Below are positions 58,926-64,000 of a stretch of DNA of 64,000 nucleotides, one piece after another (the stretch's first letter is position 1; every line of letters starts with the position of its first letter). Made by a program: the position numbers and the translations under genes. The notes under the pieces are model-generated. The model had not been told where the DNA came from, did not search any database, and was given only the letters and a program-made list of their open reading frames with translations. Source of the stretch: a virus (Duplodnaviria > Caudoviricetes); IMG/VR virus record IMGVR_UViG_3300031555_004710, positions 128,001 through 192,000 of that record. One strand, given 5' to 3'.

Positions 58926-60470
58926 ATGGGCAATTTAAAACCACTAGCATTTCAGGAGAATCCTCCACTTTATGAGTGGGTACCTAATCCTGGAGAAATA
59001 TATTATATATATGATGGAGAAAACGTAAAAGCAGACTATGATGGACGTGTTGGAAAGATTGAAGAAATTTCAACCCTACCAATATTTTACATAAAAAAGA
59101 ATCATTATAAAACTAGAATGGATGAAATTACTAGAGTATTGAACTATTTTACTAGATTTTATGATTTAGATAGAGAATCATTTTTCGCTATGATGGTTGC
59201 AAAATATTACTGCGATACACATCTTGATGTATTGCAGAAAGATTTTATAAACTATCTAATGGAAAATGTAGTTACCTCTAGCTTTGTATCTAAATGTAAA
59301 ATGATGTCATGCGATTTATATAAATTAAATATAAATGCAGACTCTTCAGGAAAATTCAATAACACTCCAAAAATCACAAATGCTCAGGCATTTCAAATTG
59401 TAGCAGTTTCATTCTGTTTTAAAATATTGACTCCATTAATGTTACATTTCTCAAACGTGAATACTAATTTTGATCCAGCTGTGAAGACAGAATATTTGAA
59501 ATGGTTCAATAAGTTATTCAATAAAGTAATCAAGAAATTTGAAGAAGGGGATACACCTTTCTATACGTCTCTTTGCAAATTCGTTGTATTTAGGGGAGAG
59601 AAAATCTCTAGAAATAACTCAACTGCATTTTACCAAAAGAAAATGCTTAGAGGAGATACTCTCGAATTATATAATGAAAATTTAATAAAAGAGGTAGTTT
59701 GTGTAAAGACTCTTTATAAGTTAGATTACAGACATTCATGTGTAGCATTTATTGATGGAGTTATTCATAACTATAATATGAACTACTTAAAAGAAAACTT
59801 TAGTAGTAAACCATATGAGATAGATTCTGAAGAAACTTCAAAAGATTCAGATGAATCATTATCTCATGCAGAAGCTATGGAAATGGCAATGTATAAAAGA
59901 GATGAATCTGCCGCAATGGTTGCAGATATCAATGGAGAATATGTAATGAATCAAATTCGAAAATGGTACAAAGCATTTGATATCAGTAATGAAGAATTTG
60001 AGTTCTATTACAATAACTTCTATCCTAACGAAGTTAACCAATCATTATTCAATGATTTTTATGCTGGGAAATTTAAAGACCCATATGCTGTAAATAATCT
60101 TAATAGAAAAGATACAGTATATCTTTTAATTTGCATGAAGAAAGTATTCCAGACATATAAAATGTATCATCTTGCACAGATTTGTACTGCTCAGGTATTT
60201 CGTAAGTACAAAGAAAATGTAATTAAAAATGGCAAATATATGGAAAGAATAACTTCCTCTAATGTATATAAGGAAATAGTTTCTAGAAAATATTCTAATA
60301 TCGTTGAGTTAGGTATGAAAGAGAATCCTATACTTAAAACTCTTGAGACGATTATCAATAGTGTATTTACTTTAGTAGACTATGAGCCTGAAATAAATGG
60401 ATATAAACTTGAGCATTTAGATAGAGATGCTATTGCAGATGAATATTTACTTTTCCTAAGTATTATATAA
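58926..60470 (+). CDS. Non-virion RNAP promoter-specificity (sigma-like) subunit, AR9 gp226-like
   Basis: Colinear similarity, judged from memory of AR9 gp226: Y.L.IN..S.GK, KILTPLM.F, F.KVIK.F..G, KL...S...F.D.VI, DE.LS..E.ME, terminal D.IA.E.L..L.I. Confidence 0.7.
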   Translation: MGNLKPLAFQENPPLYEWVPNPGEIYYIYDGENVKADYDGRVGKIEEISTLPIFYIKKNHYKTRMDEITRVLNYFTRFYDLDRESFFAMMVAKYYCDTHLDVLQKDFINYLMENVVTSSFVSKCKMMSCDLYKLNINADSSGKFNNTPKITNAQAFQIVAVSFCFKILTPLMLHFSNVNTNFDPAVKTEYLKWFNKLFNKVIKKFEEGDTPFYTSLCKFVVFRGEKISRNNSTAFYQKKMLRGDTLELYNENLIKEVVCVKTLYKLDYRHSCVAFIDGVIHNYNMNYLKENFSSKPYEIDSEETSKDSDESLSHAEAMEMAMYKRDESAAMVADINGEYVMNQIRKWYKAFDISNEEFEFYYNNFYPNEVNQSLFNDFYAGKFKDPYAVNNLNRKDTVYLLICMKKVFQTYKMYHLAQICTAQVFRKYKENVIKNGKYMERITSSNVYKEIVSRKYSNIVELGMKENPILKTLETIINSVFTLVDYEPEINGYKLEHLDRDAIADEYLLFLSII

Positions 60471-60503
60471 ATAAGATGGAGACTGGTAGTCTCCATCTTA
60501 TTT
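60469..60503. terminator. Intrinsic terminator
   Basis: aaataagatggagact ggt agtctccatcttattt. Confidence 0.8.
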
Positions 60504-60523
60504 TTTGTATTTATAAGGATTAA

Positions 60524-60535
60524 AACATTTCCCTA
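60524..60535 (+). promoter_or_regulatory. Putative late promoter AACA-N6-TA
   Basis: aaca tttccc ta. Confidence 0.7.
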
Positions 60536-60574
60536 ATAATCTATAATATTTTTTATCCGGAGGTGAAATAAATT

Positions 60575-61825
60575 ATGGCTAAAAAATCAATTGATAATGA
60601 ATACGAAGAAGTTGATTTAGTCGACGATAGTTATCAAATAGACCAAGTTCCAAAAACATATGTTTTATTAGATAAATATTGGGATACGATTGAAGATAAT
60701 TTACCTCGTAATAGATCAGTATTAAAAAGATTTATTGCAACTTATAGAAATAAAAATATTGATAAATTGGAAACACCATATCCTATCGATTTTCCACCTT
60801 GGACTCCTCCTTGTAACAAAATATTTTATGCTGTAACTGGGATTGATGAAGAGGAATTTGTTGAATCTGTAATGACTATTAGAGGTCATGAAGGATATCT
60901 GGATCCTTATTTAAAAGACAAAGCTCCATATATCTTAGCGTTAATGATTGCTAGATGGTTAATGATACATGATTATACTCAAGAATTGACTATAATGCAA
61001 CATTATATAGGATACTCTCATTATTGGGCAGTATTTAGTGTTTTCTTTTACTCTAATAAAAATAAGAGAAAATATAAACCTAAACTGGAAGTAATGAAAT
61101 ATACTATTAATGAGATGAGTTATAAGAGTAGATTAAAAGCTTTAGGCTCAGTTGATAAATGGTTACAAGATGGTGTAATGAATGGTATGAATACTTATAA
61201 AGAAAGATTGCTTAGAGCATCGGATTTCGAATTGCATTATATAAATGAAAAGATTCGTTCTAAATTTAAGAGTGCAATGAAAACTTTATATAGAGCTCAA
61301 GAAAAGAATGAACGTGAAAAAAATTATATATTTACTTCAAGTAGTCACATGGGTGATGATATAATTGATAATACATATGGAGTTGCGGAGGTAATTTCAT
61401 TAGCAAGCACATTTACTACAAAATTCTTTGCAGACCCTATTACAGAGAAAGCTTTAAAAGGAGCGCTGATTCCTGGAGGTATTACAGAGAAGGACCTTCG
61501 TAATGTAATTCTAATGATTTCTGATGATAAAAAGAATCTAGACGATGTATCAAAATTATATCAGTCGTTATTTTATATCTTTTTAGAAGATAATAAATAT
61601 AAAGTTCGTGATATTGGTGGTAATAGATTCTATTATGAAATGGAAAAATTATATAAACCTGGGAATACAAACGACCCAAATAGAAATTACATCAAAACTA
61701 TTCTTGATAAGTGGTTAAGTATGGGAAGTGCTACTTTTAGATCTACTAATAGGACTGCTACTATAACAACTTTTAGAAAATCAATCTATGAATATTTTGT
61801 ATTGAAGATAATGTATGATAAATAA
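60575..61825 (+). CDS. Hypothetical protein (late)
   Basis: 416-aa ORF, GGAGGTG RBS. Confidence 0.75.
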   Translation: MAKKSIDNEYEEVDLVDDSYQIDQVPKTYVLLDKYWDTIEDNLPRNRSVLKRFIATYRNKNIDKLETPYPIDFPPWTPPCNKIFYAVTGIDEEEFVESVMTIRGHEGYLDPYLKDKAPYILALMIARWLMIHDYTQELTIMQHYIGYSHYWAVFSVFFYSNKNKRKYKPKLEVMKYTINEMSYKSRLKALGSVDKWLQDGVMNGMNTYKERLLRASDFELHYINEKIRSKFKSAMKTLYRAQEKNEREKNYIFTSSSHMGDDIIDNTYGVAEVISLASTFTTKFFADPITEKALKGALIPGGITEKDLRNVILMISDDKKNLDDVSKLYQSLFYIFLEDNKYKVRDIGGNRFYYEMEKLYKPGNTNDPNRNYIKTILDKWLSMGSATFRSTNRTATITTFRKSIYEYFVLKIMYDK

Positions 61826-61851
61826 GAATACCAATTGGTATTCTTATTTAT
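61818..61851. terminator. Perfect-palindrome terminator
   Basis: ataaataagaataccaa|ttggtattcttatttat. Confidence 0.8.
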
Positions 61852-61872
61852 TTTCGTAAAAATAGGCTAAAA

Positions 61873-61884
61873 AACAAATTCGTA
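61873..61884 (+). promoter_or_regulatory. Putative late promoter AACA-N6-TA
   Basis: aaca aattcg ta (identical to the 40874 copy). Confidence 0.7.
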
Positions 61885-61927
61885 ATCTATGCGAATAAAG
61901 AATAGAAAATATGTGAGGTGATAAATA

Positions 61928-64000
61928 ATGGCGAAAAATCCTCTTTATAGAAATGAATATTATTTCTTTTCTAATATGTATGATGATTCTTTAATTACTG
62001 ATTTTTATAAAAAGATAACATCTGAATCATATGATAAATCAGTATATTATCAACAACATGCAGTTGGTAGAAATCGTCATTTTAATGATGATTCAATTTA
62101 TTATAAATCATCATTGGGAGAATTTGTTATAGATAATAAATATAATGAAATTGCTGGTTTACCTAAAGGAACCAGGACATTAAAATTTAACACAATGGTA
62201 CTCCCTATTCATGATAAACGTAAATATATATCAACGTATGGTATTTCTTATAAAAAAATCCCATTACTTGATTTTTATGCAAGAACTGATATATTTGATA
62301 AAGCTATATCATTGCAAATAGGCAAATATCAAATAATGTCAGCATATTTAATTGAAAATAATGATAAAACTATTACATTAGCTTTTACTGACGGTGCTAT
62401 AAGCTTTTCTGAGTTTGCTAAACTTAAATCGGAGTATTCTGATTCTGAACCAGTATGGTTATTTACAAACGAACTTACTAAAACTTATTATCGCCAGGCA
62501 ACTACTACAGGACTTATTTCTGGTAGAGTTGATGATAATTATTTATTACTTATTCCAGAATCAGCTGAAATAAATAAAATTGATAACGGTGTAAATAGTA
62601 ACGAATCTAATTCTTGGGATTGTTTAATGTCATATGAAGTTATACCTGGATACGACAATTCAAACTTATTATTATCGATTCCGTGTACATACACTGGGCA
62701 AACTATTAAAAATGGTACTAAATGTGCGACTTTTAGTGTCCCTGCAAATTTTGTAAAGGCTATTATTAGCCATTCTACATCTACTAGAGTTAAAGTTTGC
62801 TTTATTAAACGTCCAAATAGAATATATATATCTCATTATATTTATTCCGATAATACTTCACCAGTTATTAATTTAGATTATATTAATAATCCTACTGGAA
62901 ATATTAACCTAGAAGTATATGAAACCACTGCGGATATGAGTTATCGAGGACGGAGATTATATGATTCAAAATTTATGCAATCATATTTTCCTAACATCTA
63001 TGATTTTTCTAAATTAAATGTAAATAAATCTAATTTATTAATTGAAGTTACAGAATATGATACAACCCACACTAATCAAAAAATGAGAAACTCGATAAAA
63101 CCATTAATTGACTCTCTAGGTTCTGATTTCTACACAGAATATGTTGTAAATGGTTATGATAAATCATTAGATGGAAATTCAATGAACTTAAAAGAATATA
63201 ATCCAAAAGCATATCCAGCATCATTAGAAGATTATAGATCTAGTGAATACTATGGTGATTATAGAGGTTATATATTAGATAAGATTGCAAAGACAATTGA
63301 AAGTGATCCTTATCTACTTTCTGAATATTATGATTTTATGGCATCTAAAAATCAATTGGTTATTAGTAGAAGTGGAACTCCTAAATATTTTAGGTTTAAA
63401 ACTGGTAGACTTGGTGAATTCTCTGGTTCTAATAAATTTGTAATGAACACTTCCATAGCATCAATAAACCCGGATGATATTCAATATTTTGATGAAACCC
63501 ATTCATATATATCATACTATAGCTCAGGAAATAAATGTCCAGCAAATGTATATATTAATGGAAAGTATATTAGACCTACGTGTACTAGATATTATATGGG
63601 AATGAATTATTTATTTTTCCCAATAGATATAGTAAATAAGGAATTATTAAAATACTCAACTGACGAAGAACTTCTTGAAGCTTCACCTATAGTAGTTGAT
63701 TTTTATCCATATACATATACTTCATTATCAGAAGCTCCAAAAGATATTATTACAATTAATAGTTCATCAGATGTAATTAAAATATTTAAAAAATTAGAGA
63801 ATCCAGTATTTTCCTTAAATGAATTGGTAGCATATGATAATTCTACTGGTAAATACTTAGGTTTACTAACGGATATATTTAATGTAAATTTATCCGTATC
63901 ACAGTATAAAATAGACCATCCTGAAGAAACTAATGAGATTTTAATTTCTAAAGGAGAAGAACCGGAATATTTGATGACAATGATGAATGAAATATATCGT
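61928..64000 (+). CDS. Large hypothetical, probably virion structural protein (3' truncated; not in ORF track)
   Basis: GAGGTG RBS, ATG at 61928 (MAKNPLYRNEYY...), appears open to the window end; late promoter. Confidence 0.7.
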   Translation, partial: MAKNPLYRNEYYFFSNMYDDSLITDFYKKITSESYDKSVYYQQHAVGRNRHFNDDSIYYKSSLGEFVIDNKYNEIAGLPKGTRTLKFNTMVLPIHDKRKYISTYGISYKKIPLLDFYARTDIFDKAISLQIGKYQIMSAYLIENNDKTITLAFTDGAISFSEFAKLKSEYSDSEPVWLFTNELTKTYYRQATTTGLISGRVDDNYLLLIPESAEINKIDNGVNSNESNSWDCLMSYEVIPGYDNSNLLLSIPCTYTGQTIKNGTKCATFSVPANFVKAIISHSTSTRVKVCFIKRPNRIYISHYIYSDNTSPVINLDYINNPTGNINLEVYETTADMSYRGRRLYDSKFMQSYFPNIYDFSKLNVNKSNLLIEVTEYDTTHTNQKMRNSIKPLIDSLGSDFYTEYVVNGYDKSLDGNSMNLKEYNPKAYPASLEDYRSSEYYGDYRGYILDKIAKTIESDPYLLSEYYDFMASKNQLVISRSGTPKYFRFKTGRLGEFSGSNKFVMNTSIASINPDDIQYFDETHSYISYYSSGNKCPANVYINGKYIRPTCTRYYMGMNYLFFPIDIVNKELLKYSTDEELLEASPIVVDFYPYTYTSLSEAPKDIITINSSSDVIKIFKKLENPVFSLNELVAYDNSTGKYLGLLTDIFNVNLSVSQYKIDHPEETNEILISKGEEPEYLMTMMNEIYR

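Noticed and set aside
732-61679. Short overlapping or antisense ORFs in the track (e.g. 732-914, 6122-6400, 9472-9990, 32352-32672, 34059-34544, 44006-44362, 45668-45952, 58578-58808)
   Set aside because: They lie inside well-supported genes on another frame or strand, and I saw no convincing RBS or motif for them.
1-64000. Stop-codon reassignment
   Set aside because: Conserved genes are full length in the standard bacterial code and end at TAA, TAG or TGA.
1-64000. tRNA/rRNA genes, phage-nucleus shell or tubulin genes, RNAP beta-C subunit
   Set aside because: None recognisable in this window; they may lie elsewhere or be too divergent to recognise by eye.

Overview
Very AT-rich, gene-dense 64 kb segment of a jumbo myophage genome of the phiKZ-related AR9/PBS1-like group. 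It probably infects an anaerobic Firmicute: it has NrdD/NrdG, an LL-H-type holin and strong AGGAGG Shine-Dalgarno sites. It encodes three fragments of a split multisubunit RNA polymerase (beta-N, beta'-N, beta'-C) and a likely AR9 gp226-type promoter-specificity subunit. Replication and nucleotide genes include a split family-B DNA polymerase half, DnaB, a RecD/Dda helicase, RNase H, NAD ligase, the GyrA C-terminus, an SbcD-like nuclease, dUTPase and dTMP kinase. There is also a GroEL-like chaperonin, baseplate and head proteins, and three large beta-propeller proteins. Highlights: (1) a 327-nt ORF-less group I intron splitting the catalytic NADFDGD motif of the beta'-N subunit; (2) two recurring promoter classes, AACA-N6-TA (late) and TRTATTRT-T-N4-TG (early), with AR9-type late promoters in a phage that encodes dUTPase, hinting at uracil-independent recognition; (3) a stand-alone, apparently dead intein-like (Hint) gene beside nrdDG; (4) five seven-repeat propeller cassettes in three virion-type genes, showing blade amplification and shuffling; (5) two motif-degenerate Doc/Fic-like paralogs and an orphan MazF-like fusion; (6) many loop-less perfectly palindromic terminators. 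All family assignments come from motif recognition by eye; no database searches were run.
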